Made by a program: the position numbers and the translations under genes
In this document: one piece after another, positions 46,740-60,360 of the stretch
Numbering within the stretch: position 1 is the stretch's first letter
Layout: every line of letters starts with the position of its first letter
Source: Anthoceros angustus
Lineage: Eukaryota > Plantae > Anthocerotophyta
Direction of reading: 5' to 3'
Assembly: GCA_010909165.1 (NCBI GenBank)
Contig: MU008192.1
Coordinates: 372,001-436,000 of the forward strand
Length of the DNA stretch: 64,000 nucleotides
The notes under the pieces: generated by a model
What the model saw: only the letters and a program-made list of their open reading frames with translations
Database searches by the model: none
What the model was told of the DNA's origin: nothing

Positions 46740-49700
46740 GTCCTCATTCGTATCCTCGCTCGCGTTCATTGTTCTTGAGGTGTACCCCTACGTAGTGTGG
46801 CCGGTTTCTCCACGTGTCCTTACTCCTCAGTGTCGCTGTCCTTCCTCACCTTGGATCCCAGTCCGGCTTGAAGTGTATCTCCTTCTCAAAGTGTAGTTTT
46901 GTCTGGCGAGGCCCAGGAGCCAGCGGACCTCATACCCGGTCCGGCGGAGTGCGATGACAAAATCTAATGTATAGGGGCTCCGCTATGGTGGCTTGGACTC
47001 GGACAACTCCCTGGCGCTCGCGCGCATGTCCGCCATCCGAGGGTTTTGGTGGATGGCTCGAAGGTGGTGAACCCGCCGTCTTGCGGTGGCCTCGGTGATG
47101 AGGTTCACTCGACCCGTGAGGCACGTTTTTAATTACACACCCGCAATTTCCACACCGCTGGCGAGTCCGTGAGATCGACCCTTACCTCCACGTTCTTGCC
47201 CTTAGGACCAAGGGTTCCGGCGTGGTTGCGTTTCACGATGGCCTTCGGACTTCACATCGATGCCGGGTTGTCCTTTAACAAGCCTAAGGGACACCAAGTG
47301 TTGTTGGTCCATCATCAAGTCGGCCACCTTGAAAGGGCGGGTGGTTCTCTGCGTCGCGTCGCCTTGTCTCCTCCGGTTTGGCTCTTTGTGGTGGCGGACT
47401 ATACAGGTCTGAGTTCTTCTTGAAGCATCTCGGTCACTTCGAACCACATCCGGTGGAAGCTGCGGGCGTTGCCGTGGGTGAGTCCCTTCTCCGGAGACTC
47501 CGGTGGCTTTTGGTTTCTTCTCTGGCGAGGCTGCCGGTTTAACTCCTCTTTGGCGGGTTCGGCTTCCCAGGTGTTAGTCCTCCGTATCCAGTGGGACTAT
47601 CTCATTTTCTTCCTCTTTGTCTCCGTTCCTTGCTCCTTTCGGCGACTCGGGTTGACACTTCCGGTACCTCAGTCCGCCTTCTTCTCCTTAGCGAACTTGT
47701 ACCACCTCGTTCGAGCTCCTCGGTGCCTCCTCCCTCACTTGATTGTCGTCTTCAATTTGTATACAGGCCCCTTAGGAGGGCGTGGTGGTCTTGGCTCCCC
47801 CAGTTGCGTGGCGTCTCCTCGGCGAGGATTCGGACCAGTCTTGCACGCATGTGCCCCTTTTGCCCCAATCTGACGTTCAAAGTCTTACCTTGTATGCGGT
47901 GGGGTATGGGACGTTGGAGTAGTGTCGGGGTTCCACAGTTCCAGACCACGCCGAGAATTCACGGAGGGGCTCCCATGCGGTCTTGCAGTCGATGCAGGGG
48001 ACCAGCTGCGGGTACATCGTCACAGGATACCGTGGTCGGTTGTGCTTCTTGCACTTGGTATCGTCCTCCGTTCCTCGGACTCTTCCATACTCCACAGTTC
48101 CGGGTGCGGAGGCGGTTGGCCTTGAATGCCCATGTTGGTGACACACCGCCACGGATGAGTCGGACCGTGGTGGCCTTTGCGTTCTTTATCCTTCACGGTT
48201 GATCGTCAACTCCTCCACCTCTTCATTACCGTTCTAGATCTTCCCTCGGCCCACTACTTCCTTCAAAGGAGGTGGGCGGACCTCGTCAGCGGGCATCATG
48301 ACCTCCTTCTTTTCCACCCTCCGCGACTACGGGCTTCTTCTTCTTTTTTTTGGGGTTCTTCTTCTTCCATGACCTCCTCAGTTCTTCTTGAGTCCTCTTC
48401 CTCTCTTCCTCCGGGTGCCTCGGTCTCATCATCCTCCTCTCGTCAGGGTTCTTCATCTTGATCCAGGCCCCGTTTCTTCTTTTCTTCTTTCCTCTGGAGA
48501 GTCCTCGGCCGTCGTTGGTGCATCGATTCTTCATAGTTCTCCGCGCCGGACCGCCTTGCTCACATCTTTCTACCAGCACGTGTAGCCATTGGCTTGGATA
48601 AAGTGCGAACCAATACACTTTGCATGGTAGTGTGGTGGGGTGCGGTCCCGGTAGCGTAGAACCGTTCGATGTCTGATCCCAACTTCTCCGTCTTTCCCGC
48701 TTGGTTCTCGAGTTTGGACAAGACAGCCTTCTTGATCGATTCGCGGAATCTTTCTAAGGCATCCTTCAATCTTGAAGGTTGCGGTGCGTTAGGCGGTCGG
48801 TATTTCCTCCGATACCAGCGGCTGTACCCGAGGACCCCTTGGAGCAATTTGGAATGAGCTGCGCATCCGAACCTTCTCCGTTGAAGTTTGCAGACACGAA
48901 ATCCTCCACGAAGGTTTGATCTCTCTCCTTCTTACCTCAAAGAGAATCGCTTGCTTGGTCGGCGTTGTTGCCATCGCCGCGCGATTGGTAAGGGATGAGG
49001 AACCGCCCCCTTACCACCACTGACTTGGTCTGCGTCCTCCTCTCGATCAAACAACTCCACCACACTTACATTGGTGGTGTCCTCGCCTCGAGCTCGTCGT
49101 CTCTCACGTTACTGCGCTCGGGCGCTCGGCGATCTGGCGTCCGACTCTCGGTAATTCTTCCTTAACTACCTCCGTCCTCCACGCATCCACGCCTGCTACG
49201 AACGATTTCATTCCCAGCAGCGCCAAAATGTGCGCGACTTTTGATGGCCGGTATACAATCCGTGTCGTTGTAGGAAGAAGTCCGTTCCCAAAGGAATGAA
49301 GGCTCCGTTTACGCGTTTGGTGATTCTACGTCACTTGCGCTCGTTCGTCTCCGCACTCCTAACTACGCGTTCACCGTCTGAGGCCGGTATGGCCAAGCGT
49401 TTGAGACCGTTCGTCGTCGTTCCATTCGTTCTCACACTCGGTCCTTTCCTCTCTCCCCTCACGCTACACTCCTCGGTCTTAGAAAAAGGCAGGGTTACGA
49501 TCCGGACCTCCTCCGTCGTTCGCGGGCCTCTCGTCTCTGCCGCCTCCGGAGTTCCTCGGCTCACACGTTCGGTCCGTTCGGTCTTTGGGCGCGGCTCGGG
49601 CGAGCGGGTCCCGATCACCCTTCCTGCACACCACAACACGTTAGGTCCGTCACGGGACCACGATCAATCTCCCGGGAGGCCGTGCACCTTTCGGTGACTC

Positions 49701-52700
49701 GGGACTCACGTTAGCAAGAAGACACACAAGGTGCAGAGCGGCATCAACACCAAGAGAAAGATGATTTATTGGGCGGCCTTAGCCCTCTTATACTCGCCGA
49801 AGGTCGGCGCCTTTATTACACCTCTATTACGGTGAGGCCAGCTCGGTGTGCCTAACCGCCTACCACCCTATTCACTATCGCGGTCGGTGGTGGGGTGGGA
49901 TAGCCTCATTCCTTCTTGGCACGGCGGCAGAGCCACAGCCAGGCGCAATCGGATGATCGCGGTGGACCCCTTCCTCTTCAGTGCAGCCGTGCGCCACCGT
50001 GGCGGCGACAATCACCACCAAGTCTTCCTCGTCCTCCCTCTTCTCTCTCTCTGGCGGGCCCTGCGGTGGGCCCTCAAGGTTGGATCTGTGGGGTTGGTGT
50101 GGCTCTCCCCACTCCCAGTTTGGACCTCGGGACCTGTCACTCGGTCCGGACCTCTAGGTCAGTCTTCCCTCAGGGTCGGTCTCTGGGCCCGGCCTTCTTT
50201 GGAGTCCGGTCCTCGGGGGCCGGACTTGCCTCCAGGGTCGTCTTTGGACCCAACCCTTCCACAGGGTCGGACCTCGGACTCGTCACTAGTCTGGATCCCT
50301 AAGTCCGGACTTTGAGGCGGACCTCGGGATCCGGCCTTCCTCAGTCGGACAAAGTCAGGACCTCGATCTGGGCATGCCTCCTCACGGGCTAGTCAGGTTC
50401 ATCCACTTGAGCCCTCCCTTGGTTCCCGAATGCCCGGTTGCACCTTCCTCTCAAGATCCTCCTCGTCCTTCCATGCGAGGTCTGTACCTCGGTGTGGACC
50501 CCTTCCTCCTCCTGCCTCCCGCTGCCTCCTTCGCCGCTGCTTGCCAAACAGCCCTAGGACTCCCGTTGTCTTTGTCCCGGGTCCGTCCTCCCTCGCTCCT
50601 CCTTGATCCCAGAGTCCACCTCCACACTGGGGTGGCGCGGGACCTCGAGCCTTGAGGAGCTCTGGTAGTAGCGGGTCGGAATCGACTTCTGAATCGCCTC
50701 CTCCATGAGCCGGGCACGGTACTCCCTCCTCAGGTGCTCCGTGGCAGCGGATCGCCCACCTGGCCTCTCGTGGCCAAGCTTACGGTATGGTGGGGACTCC
50801 TTGAGGCCGTCAAGTGCCTCAGATTACCTCTTGCAACCTTGCTGCTGCTCGGCGTTCTCCTCCTCCGTCGTTGTTCACTCACTTTTGCGGGCCATGGGTG
50901 AGCTCCTCCTTCACCGGCCGGACGGGCATACCTTTCCTCGATGCTTTCCTCCCTCTTCTATTCTTTCCCGAGGTCCTCCACTTCCTTCTCGGGCGGGCGG
51001 TATCCCCGTCAGGCTCACGGCTTCCATCCTGCTGCAACCTTGCGGCGTGAACTCCTTGCCGCCGCCTATTCTCCTCCGTCTTCAAGCGGGCTGGGCGTTC
51101 CACCTCTGCTCGAAGTCTTGGATTCTCGTTGAGAACCCCTGCTCCGTGCATCTTGGGTTGCAACTCCAAAGTGTCCTTGTCCTCCGGCTCCTGCCGCCCT
51201 TCTACCTCCTGCTGCACCACAGGGTCCCCAATCCCGGGTCTTGGCCTCCAGCCTCCTCACGGCTCGGCTTGCTCCATGACCACTTGCTCGGCCTTGATTG
51301 GCGCGGCTCTCGGCCGCCTCCTCCACCGGTTCGATCACGCCGATAGTGATCGCGATCGGCCGCCGTGGCCTCCGCCTCCTTGGCCACCTTCACTGAGCCT
51401 CTCGGCTTGGCTCGGTCGGGCTGCCTCACGCGGATCCGCGCCCGTTACGCTTGCCGGGCGTCCTCACGCTTCTGCTGCGCTCGCCCCTCTGCGAGGTCCC
51501 GCCGCTTGGCCTCCTTGGCACCTTGTGTTCCTCGGTGAAGGAATTTAGTCCGGTCCTTGCGGATGGACGGACCTCCCTCTCCGCCTCCGGCGTTTTCCTT
51601 CCTCAATCCGGCCGAGCTTGGCCTTCCTTCTCGCCTCACAGGCTCCCTCAGCTGCTCTGGAGGTACCATGCCTCGGGGTGGCTTCCACCTCCAGGCCTTC
51701 TCGGCCATCCCGAGACCCCAGGCATACCGTCCATGGCGGTAGCAGGACCCGCCGTGTTTCCTCCACGGCTGCTGAGTGAGGCTCCCACAAAGTCCGTGGC
51801 GGGCCGGCATCTCCACAGTCGTCAGGACCTCCATACCGATCCGAGCAAGTCGGTGGGTTCTCGGACAATCGGGACCCTTAGGTCTGGCTCGAGCTTCCCC
51901 TCCTTGGCCCCGCCAGCGCGAGCTCCTTCTCGCCCTTTTCCTCCACAGGGCTCGGCGGAGGTGATGGAGTCAGAGCACGCCTTTGCCCCTTCACATCGGC
52001 GGGGACCCGGCTCTGGATCACAGTGCTGCCGGTGTCCTCCGCTCCACAGGCGGCGTCCCTTTACGCCCTCCTTCACTTCCTCCGCTTCTTGCCACTCCGT
52101 CGGCGGGGAAATCTTGGCACCGGCCCAGGGTGCAGCGTTGGTAGCCGTGGTCTTGCGTCTCTTGGCTCTCTGGTCGTGGGGCTCCTCGGTAGGAGTGATG
52201 GCGTGGCGGGGCTGGGTGGGGCACTTCTGCTTTTGGGTGGTATTACGGTTGGGGCACGGAAGGAGGAGGGTGCTTCCATACTTCCACAGGTGGTGAGGGG
52301 TCCGTTCACGTATGGAGTCAGGAATCCTCGATCGTCCTCCTCCGAGTCCGTTTGGTTTTCGGGGCCTCCTCCCTCGGCGCCCTTGCCGCTCCACTTGCGG
52401 GGCCTCGGTCCTTTCCGGGCGCTCGCTCAAGCTCTCCTTCCTTGAGGAGCTGAAATGCCCCATACATGGATCGGTATGGGGCCCAGATGGCGAGGCTTCT
52501 CGGTCACGAGCTTGCGAGCCTCACAGCTAAGCGAAGATAATCCTTCCCAGTCGCCCTCTTCCGCGCAGCGTGCGGGAACACCAATAGATTATCACCAAGG
52601 TGATCCACCTTGGTGAGTAGGACGATGATGATCGGGCCACGCCCTCGGTCAGCAGGTCGGATATCGACCAACCGTTGGTGGTCGTTGCGTCGAGCCTTAA

Positions 52701-53633
52701 CATGTGCTGGACCTATCTTCCCGCCGCCTTGGGGCTCGGCACCCTCCCCTCTTCCTCCTTGGGCGGTTGTAGGCCGCCGGGACCTCAAGGTCCATCGCCT
52801 TGGTCCTCCGGAGGTTCTTGGACCGCACCTCCTTGTTGCGCCCGGCATCTTGGCAAACTCCGGACGGGTGACCATCAAAGGTCGGACCATTTGGAACATC
52901 CAAATGCCACTCCTGCACCAATTCTCCGCTTCCTGGGCGGCCCAAAGTCCGGATAGCGCGGGTCACAATGTTGCGCTCCACAAGGTTCCATGGCTCCCAA
53001 ACTTCGCGGGCTTTTGGGTGCCATCGCCTTCTCCTCCCTGGCTTGGCCGGAGGCTGGCGCGTTGAGCCTCCCGCGCGTTCGCTTCTCGACCTCAGCGGTG
53101 AGCGCGCGCGAGCGTCAGTGTCCACGAGATACCGCCCCGAGCGGTTGCGGGCGCAAGATCGCGGTGTCTCGGCTGCGGTAATGACCTTCTTCGCGACCAC
53201 GCCTTGGGAGTAAGCGGGCGGGCGCCTCTTCCATCGTGCGCCAGTGCATGGCTTACTCACTGGCCCCTCTGCTGCCAGCGTACTCGGCCTACTGCGCGTA
53301 CTGCGGCCCCTTCGCGCGCGGCCAGCGGGCGTGAATACACTATAACGGCCTCGGCAAGGTTCACGGTCTGACCATTGCATGCCGTCCTCCACTCAGGGTC
53401 GTCCACGTGGCGTCGCCCAGTCCGTCCTTACGCTCCAACTTCTAAGTTACTTTCCCTGGCGTACTTATCCTGCCTGGTCCTGGAGTGGGTCCGGACTTAC
53501 CCCGTCGCCTGCCATCGTAGGTCTAAGTACGTTCCTCACTCCGGAGTCAGGAGTATACTCCGGAGTGCCGTCCGGAGTGCTAACCGGGCTTATTTCCTCC
53601 TTTTTCGCCTCATTTTATCCTTCGCTCCCACAA
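46740..53633 (-). mobile_element. GC-rich LTR-retrotransposon remnant; PBS-like TGGCGC next to a TG...CA-bounded segment 49229-53633; related fragment at ~44225-44560
   Basis: cagcagcgccaaaa|tgtgcgcg at 49215-49236; 49229-49520 is homologous to 44238-44540; the segment ends ...ctcccaca at 53633; degenerate ORFs. Confidence 0.6.
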
Positions 53634-53649
53634 AAAAAAAAAAATCCTA

Positions 53650-56600
53650 CCTAATTTCTAACCCCCCAGGGAAGTCCGTAGTCCACACGCGACAATATGT
53701 CCAGTTGTTGTTGGAGGCCCTCATGAGAGTGGGAGAGGAGGACAATGTCATCCGCATATAACAGAATAGCAATATAGACCAAGGAAAGTAGGCAACCAGG
53801 ATCCCCATACTCCGTAATTCATGACTCCAATTCATCAATGTAGAGGCCAAATAGGTTAGAAGAAGATGGATCTCCCTGCCGCACTCCCATGTTGCAAAGC
53901 AAATCCAATAGGTCAAAAGCAGCAAAAGAAGTGCGGATCTTAGCTTTCACCTTGTCATATAGAACCCCTATGGCATGTAGAAGATGAGGAGGCATCCTAT
54001 GGAAGCGGTCAAAGAGCTTCTCCTCGAGATAGAGTCAAATGCCGCTTGAAGTCAACAAAACATACATAAACATGCTGTTATCCTTCTCGCTCTTGGCTTC
54101 CTGAATAATAGCAATGAGAGTGAAGAGATTATCACAGGTATTACTGCAGACGAAATCCGGCTGGCCCGTGCCCTAACTCCGATTCTCAGTCGTAGTGAGA
54201 ATTTCCAAGCAAGAGCTAAAGATCTTGGCAAAATGGACTCAACCATGATATACCTATAGTTGGATGGGGAGGTCACTGTCTTGAAGATGGAATGGATGTC
54301 ATTCCGGCACTCATCTGAAATCCATGGACCAAAGCTTCGTTGAGCAGTAGCGAGGGGAGCAATCACCATAGGACTTGCATACGAGAAAAGCTCTCAGAAT
54401 GTCTTGGTCGGGGCTCTACCGGATCTAAGGTTATTGATGGCGGTAAGGATAAGGTCGAGTGAAAAGCTTGACCCGGATCCATGGTCCTAACGGGAGGGGT
54501 ATAGATTCCGAAGAAAAGAGTTTGGACATATTCGATAAGCTCGGGACGCTGCGGCTTGGATAGTTGATGGGAATGAAACTCCCTCCAAAAAGCGGCACCG
54601 CCAGAGGATTCCTTGAGGAGCTTGACAAGACGATCACGTTGGGAGGAAAAGAAAGCAGACTTTTGACAATAGGGCTTTATGCGACTTGACAATTTCCTTG
54701 TACAACAGGGAATGATGGGACTTGGATGGGACCTTGAGAGCACGAAGGCAGTTGTGAGTATGGAAGCGAAGGCGTTTGCACTCATCAAACCGGGGATGAC
54801 GAGGGCGTGTTGGAAAGCTTGACGGGGTGACAAGGTTTAGGAGGAAGATTTGATGTGCACAAGAAAGCAAAGTGAAAGCGTGTCTGGGGGAAGAGACGAG
54901 GAATAGCCAAGGATCTTTTCAAAAGAGAGGAGTATTGGGAAGCTAGACGATGGTCGAGGTCGGAGACTCTAGGAGACTTGTGGTATTGTAGAATGGCTTG
55001 CGCTTATGACACGAGATGTGCCAAGACAAGAAGGCATGGTCGACTCTAGAGGCTTGAAGTTAGAAACATAAACATGCAATCAAGAACGAAAGAAGCCCCC
55101 TAGAACGTAATCAAGAACAGGGAAGTTGACTGAAGGCGCAAAGTGGGTGATCCTCTCGCCTGTGCCATTGAGAGAGCCGCTGTATATAAATAATCCATGC
55201 CACTCCACGAGGTTGAGAAGTGCCCGCCGAAAAGATTAACCTGCGGATCATCGACCTTTCTCGCAAGCCTGTGTCCGCAACATCAAGCGGAATAGTTGAT
55301 GTCGATCATCCGTGCATAGATAGGAGATTGTTCCGAGGAGGTCCAAGCATTGAAGTCTCCAACCAAGAGGATATCTCCTTGGGGCATGAAAACATGAGAT
55401 CTTCAAAGAGGTCTTGAAACGAAAGAGAGGTTGGCCTCTAGCATGCGGAGAACCCCGAGGTGGAAAGCAAACATGCTATGAACAAATAGCAGTTAGATGG
55501 AAGGATGGTTGCGTAAACCTTGATCCATAAGACCTCAAGGAGTCCTCCCAACGATGTTGATGAAATCGAGAGAAGATCGGAAAACAAGCGACGCCACTGC
55601 ACTTGGGCCTTTTGAAGAGACATAATTCAAAAGAGAAAAGAATGGAAGTTGGGAAAGGTGGGAGGTGTCTAGCACGGTGTTCGTGAGTTTCGTAAGGAAG
55701 ATCAAGTCGTGTTCCGCTAAAAGTGGAGCAATCACCGTTGTGCCCATAAAGATCCATTACAATTCCAGAAGCCATCTTGATGATTCCTCGGTGGGCATTG
55801 CGAGTGACCTTCATAAGGTCAAGAGCCGTGAACTCGGGAGGGCTCCTTGACAATCAGCCGATCTCCATGGAAGAAAGTCCCGCGAGCCTCCTCGAAGCAT
55901 CAAAGCTTGCTTGGTCTTCACCGTAGCTTGGTTAAATCATCTCCTATATAAATATCCGGCCTCGAGATTAGTACGGGCGCAAGACTTGGAGCCTATTCGA
56001 GAGAATGGAAAGCGGATGAGAAAGACCTGGACGAAAGCGGTGGTCCTTACCCACCAAGCATTCGGAAAGATATGCAGTAAATGGAGCTTGATAAGAACTG
56101 ATATGACTTCTGCGGTGTTCTGACCCTCCGCTACCTCGAAGATTGAGGAGCTCGATCCGTTCTTGAGATTCAAATTGGCATCAAGAAGGCGAGCTTCTGC
56201 ATAATATCTTGTTTGAGGGCCGCAACGCCTCGTTGAGCGAATAATGTGCAAAAAATTCATGCCCGAATGTGTCCAATCAGGCCGTAATGTTGGAAGACGC
56301 TTGTTTTTAATTGAGGAACCGCCGTCTTTGGAAGATAAGAAGGCAATTGCTTATTGAGGGAAGCAATTTGGTGTTGATGCTGGAGAAGATCCGCACGTAT
56401 AACTGCAAATTCACGCTCCAATTCTCTTCGAAGTGCAGCAATCTCGAGTTGTTGGGCCTGAATCTTGTCTACAAAATGTTGCTTGGAAATTCGGAACTTC
56501 GATTTTAAGTTCGTGCAGCTCAGCTTGGGAAGCCTGAAAGTCTGATCGCAACTTCTTGATATCAACTTGGAAGGATTTGAACAGCCTCTCGATTTTATTC

Positions 56601-56900
56601 TTGCCCCTCGTTCCCTTGGAGGATGTAGGAGCCTGCGATTCAGAAAATGCTGTGGGTCCAAAGCGGTTTCTCCTCCAACAGATGGTCCACGTCCAAGCAT
56701 GATATCCGAAGCCATAAGAAAATAGGTGTTGCGCCTATGCGCTCAAAGGCGGGGCCAGCTATGTATGCAATGGCCACCTTTGAGGAAGAGCGAAAGGTGG
56801 TAAAAGAAGCCACAAGCCACTAGGCCCGAGCCCCAAGCCGCTCGGCCTCCCAACCTTCAGAGTCCAAGGTGTCCCGGCCTCCCGTCGCCCGCTCAACCTC
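53650..56900 (-). mobile_element. LINE (non-LTR) retrotransposon, frameshifted, 3' end missing
   Basis: ORF1-like coiled coil (56715-56257); APE endonuclease HDLIFLTET, LLVGDFNA (~55385-55345), VLDYVL; RT CFVDF..AFDS (~54065-54025), GVRQGDP..LFGLYIDE (~53890-53825), LLYADDIVL (~53764-53738). Confidence 0.9.
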
Positions 56901-57189
56901 CCGGACTCAGGACCCGCTTGAATCTTGGCCCGGCCTCATTATGCAGAAGCACCTCAGGTCAAGGATCGCCGAGTTCGCTTGTTATCAACCGCACGTATGG
57001 TGTATCGGTTGTACACCCTTCGTGGTTACCGAGAAAAGTTTTTTCACTCTCTCTCTATAATATGGAATATTATATTCATTTCTACGTATAAATCTGGCGT
57101 GGCAATCAAATACATATAAATCTTAGTCATACACACACTTCCATTCAGATGTAATCCTTATGTAAACCTAACTCCCTGCACAAAAATAC

Positions 57190-57586
57190 AAAAATATTTT
57201 GAGTTAGTGTGCATTGAATAAGAGATAATGTGCATTGGATACGAGTGTGCATTGGATATGAGATAGTGTGGTACATTAGGCGGAGGACTTGGGGAAGATT
57301 TTGATACTCCTTGGCACTCCCAAATACAGTTTATGGTGGGACCGTATTCTAAAGAGATTATTTGGCAACTGACCAATCGGTACACCATAGGTACGGATTA
57401 CGAAAATATTTTGAGGTAGTGTGCATTGGATATGAGATAGTGTGCATTTGATACGAGATAGTGTGGTACACTAGGCGGAGGACTTGGGGAAAATTTTGAT
57501 ACTCCCTTGGCACTCCCAAACATAGTTTATGGTATGACCATATTCTAAAGAGATTATTTAGCAACTGACCAATAGATATACCATAG
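57190..57586. repeat. Two diverged ~200-bp direct repeats with internal gtgcattggata subrepeats
   Basis: aaaatattttgag..gtgtggtaca..ggcggaggacttgggga..ggcactcccaaa..tattctaaagagattattt..caactgaccaat at ~57190 and ~57403. Confidence 0.8.
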
Positions 57587-58249
57587 ACTCTACCAATTGA
57601 ACTACATCCTTGTAGTCCGTAGTAAAGAGCAGAAAAAATAAAAATATCCTGGTGGTATGCTAAATGTTCGTTTGCCTGCCGCTGGTGCTGGTGCTGGTGT
57701 TAGTGTTTGCAATTATGTTTTGAAATAGGTACATATTATCTATTACTTTCTCAGAAAGTAAAGAATATTCACCTATTTCTACCTATTAGGTACTTGGTGG
57801 TGCGTTTCCCGATATGAAGATCTATCAATGGGCTGGTTGGGGCTCAGCTCAAGTCCAGACAGCCGTAAAAGAAGCGCATCGTGTGGGTCTGGAAAGCCGG
57901 GGAGCTCAGCGCCAAGCCTGGAATGGACGTACCGCTTGCCGCAAAAGCTGCAAACTGAGGTACCGAGACGAGCCCATGTTCGGGAAATTTTCGAATAGGA
58001 CACCCTTGTCCACGCAGCTTTCTCTGACTGTGATTGCCACCTGGTCGACAATGCAGCCCCCAAGTCAACAATGCACATGCTTGAGCATCCGCCTTCACTC
58101 CTGACCCCGCATCTCATGGTACAGTTGTACTGCCTCATTAGGTTTCCCATGTTCAGCACAGGCAGATATGATGGAAGACCACGTGAAAAGGAAGGTCTGA
58201 AGATTAGGTTTCCCATGTTCAGCATAGGCAGAGATGATGGAAGACCACG

Positions 58250-58520
58250 TGAAAAGGTCTGATCGCCTACCCTGGTGAACACATCTATGGCCTGCTTAGC
58301 TTGCCTCCACATGCATACATGCGCAAGATATGGTTCCCCACGTACGCAATGGACTCGTACCCGAGTTTGACACTGAGATCATGAGCTCGTCGCCCCACAA
58401 CCAAATCCTTCTTAGCTGTACACAGTTTCAGCACAGGGCAAAACAGAAACTGAGAAATAGCAGAGTCTGTCTGCGACAGAGATTCCAGGGCTCCAACAGC
58501 ATCAGAAAGCCTCCTCTGCT
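58250..58520 (-). pseudogene. N-terminal fragment of a PLS-class PPR gene
   Basis: AVGALESL...VLKLCTAKKDLVVGRRAHDLSVKLGYES..YVGNHILRMYACGG. Confidence 0.65.
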
Positions 58521-58529
58521 GTCCTCTGC

Positions 58530-60360
58530 TGACATGACAGCATGGCCTCAGAGGATGTGGTGACATGGAATGCGGTGATTGCTGGTATGCATAGCTGGAT
58601 GACGTTGTGGTGGGCAACTGCCTGGTGGGTCATGTATGCGAAATGTGGTGAACTGGAAGATGGAAGCCAGGTTTTTGACAGCATGGCCACTAAGGATGTG
58701 GTGACATGGAATGCCCTGATTGCTGGGTATGCACTGCAAGGACTGGGGCAAGAGGTTCTTGTTGTGTGTAGACAAATGGAGAATGCGGGCCTCATTTTGG
58801 CTGACGATGCTTTGTTTTGCTTGCCTTCTGAAGGCCTGTGGAAGCACTGGTGCCATACAGAAGGGCATGCGACTGCATTCATAGATTGTCGAAACTGGAC
58901 TGCTGGAAAACGTAGCGGTGGGCGCCTGCCTGGTGGACATGTGTGCGCAATGTGGTGAACTGGAAGATGCAGCCCAGGTTTTTGACAGCCTGGCCACAAA
59001 GAAGGTGGTGACACGGACCACCCTGATTGCTGGGTATGCACAGCAAGGACTGGGGCAACAGGCGCTTGTTGTGTATGGACAAATGGAGGAGGCAGGCCTC
59101 ATTCTGGCCGACGATGTTGCTGTTGCTGGCCTTCTGAAGGCCTGTGCGAGCACTGGTGCCTTACACAGGGGCAGGCAGCTGCACGCACAGATTGTCGAAA
59201 GAAGACTGGTGGATGACCTAGTGCTGGGCAACTGCCTGGTGGATATGTATGCAAAACATGCTGAACTGGACGATGCACGGCAGGTTTTTGACAGCTTGGC
59301 CACAGAAGGATGTGGTGACGTGGACGGCCCTCGTTGCTGGGTATGCACAGGAAGGGGCAGTCAAGAGGCGCTTGTCGTGTATGGACAAATGGAGCTGATT
59401 TTGGCTGACCATGTTACTTGTGCTTGCCTTCCCTGTGCAGGCACTGGTGCCCTACAGAAGGGCAGGCAGCTGCACTCACAGATTGTCAAAAGAGGACTGG
59501 GAACTGCCTGGTGGACATGTATACAAAATGTGATGAACTGGAAGATGCACGCCAGGTTTCTGACAGCATGGCCGCAAAGGATGTGGTGACATGGACCGCC
59601 TTGATATCTGGGTTTTGTGCTTGTGATGAAGGCCACAAGGCACTAGCTTGTTCAGCCTGATGGTGCTACTTTTACTTGCCTTCTAGTAGCATGGAGTCGT
59701 GAGGGACTGGTGAATGAGGGTCGCAAGCACTTTGATTCCGCGGCTGAACAGTATAGCATAAACCTACTCTTCAGCACTACAATTGCTTAATTGATCTGCT
59801 TGGGTGTGCTGTCCATTAGATGAGGCAGAGAAGATGCGATTATCATGTGAGGGCCAAGGTGATGTTGTGGGGTTGACGCCTTTGTCGAATGCCTGCAAAA
59901 GTCACGGGGATATAGTGAGGGCGATATAGTGTTTTGAAAGCATTGTCAAAGCTGGACCCCCAGGAGGCGCCTGCATATGTGCTCATGCAGATGCAGGTAG
60001 ATGGATCAATGTCGATAGGATTGAAACACTCAGAAGGTTAGCAAGAGCTAACAAGAAACCTTCAGTGACGATCATTGAGGTGAAGGAGGTACATAGATTT
60101 TTGGTGGGAGAAAGGAGAGGGGATATTGCGCTTGAGGTAGAGAGCACCAACTGATGTCAAGCAAGAAGGAGCTCTGGTCTTTTGGACACTCTGAGTGGGA
60201 CACCTTTGGTGGTAACGAAGAATCTACGTATGTGCAGCGACTGTCATAGTTTTACAGAAATAATATCAAGGCTTGAACAGAGAGAGATTGTTGCAAGGGA
60301 TGGGGACCGTGTGTTTCGATTTGCAAATGGTTGTTGCAGCTGTAAGGATCGAGCTTGTGA
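58530..60360 (+). pseudogene. PLS-class PPR-E-DYW pseudogene, KP-type DYW domain
   Basis: Repeated DVVTWNALIAGYA / LLKACASTGAL / CLVDMYAKCGEL motifs; HYNCLIDLLG; KKPSVTIIEV (60053-); KNLRMCSDCH; REIVARD..F.NGCCSCKDR. Many stops and frameshifts; the HxE segment is missing. Confidence 0.9.

Noticed and set aside
47169-53392. Many overlapping 100-280-aa ORFs
   Set aside because: This is GC-rich degenerate retroelement sequence with no coherent domain, so they are not called as host genes.
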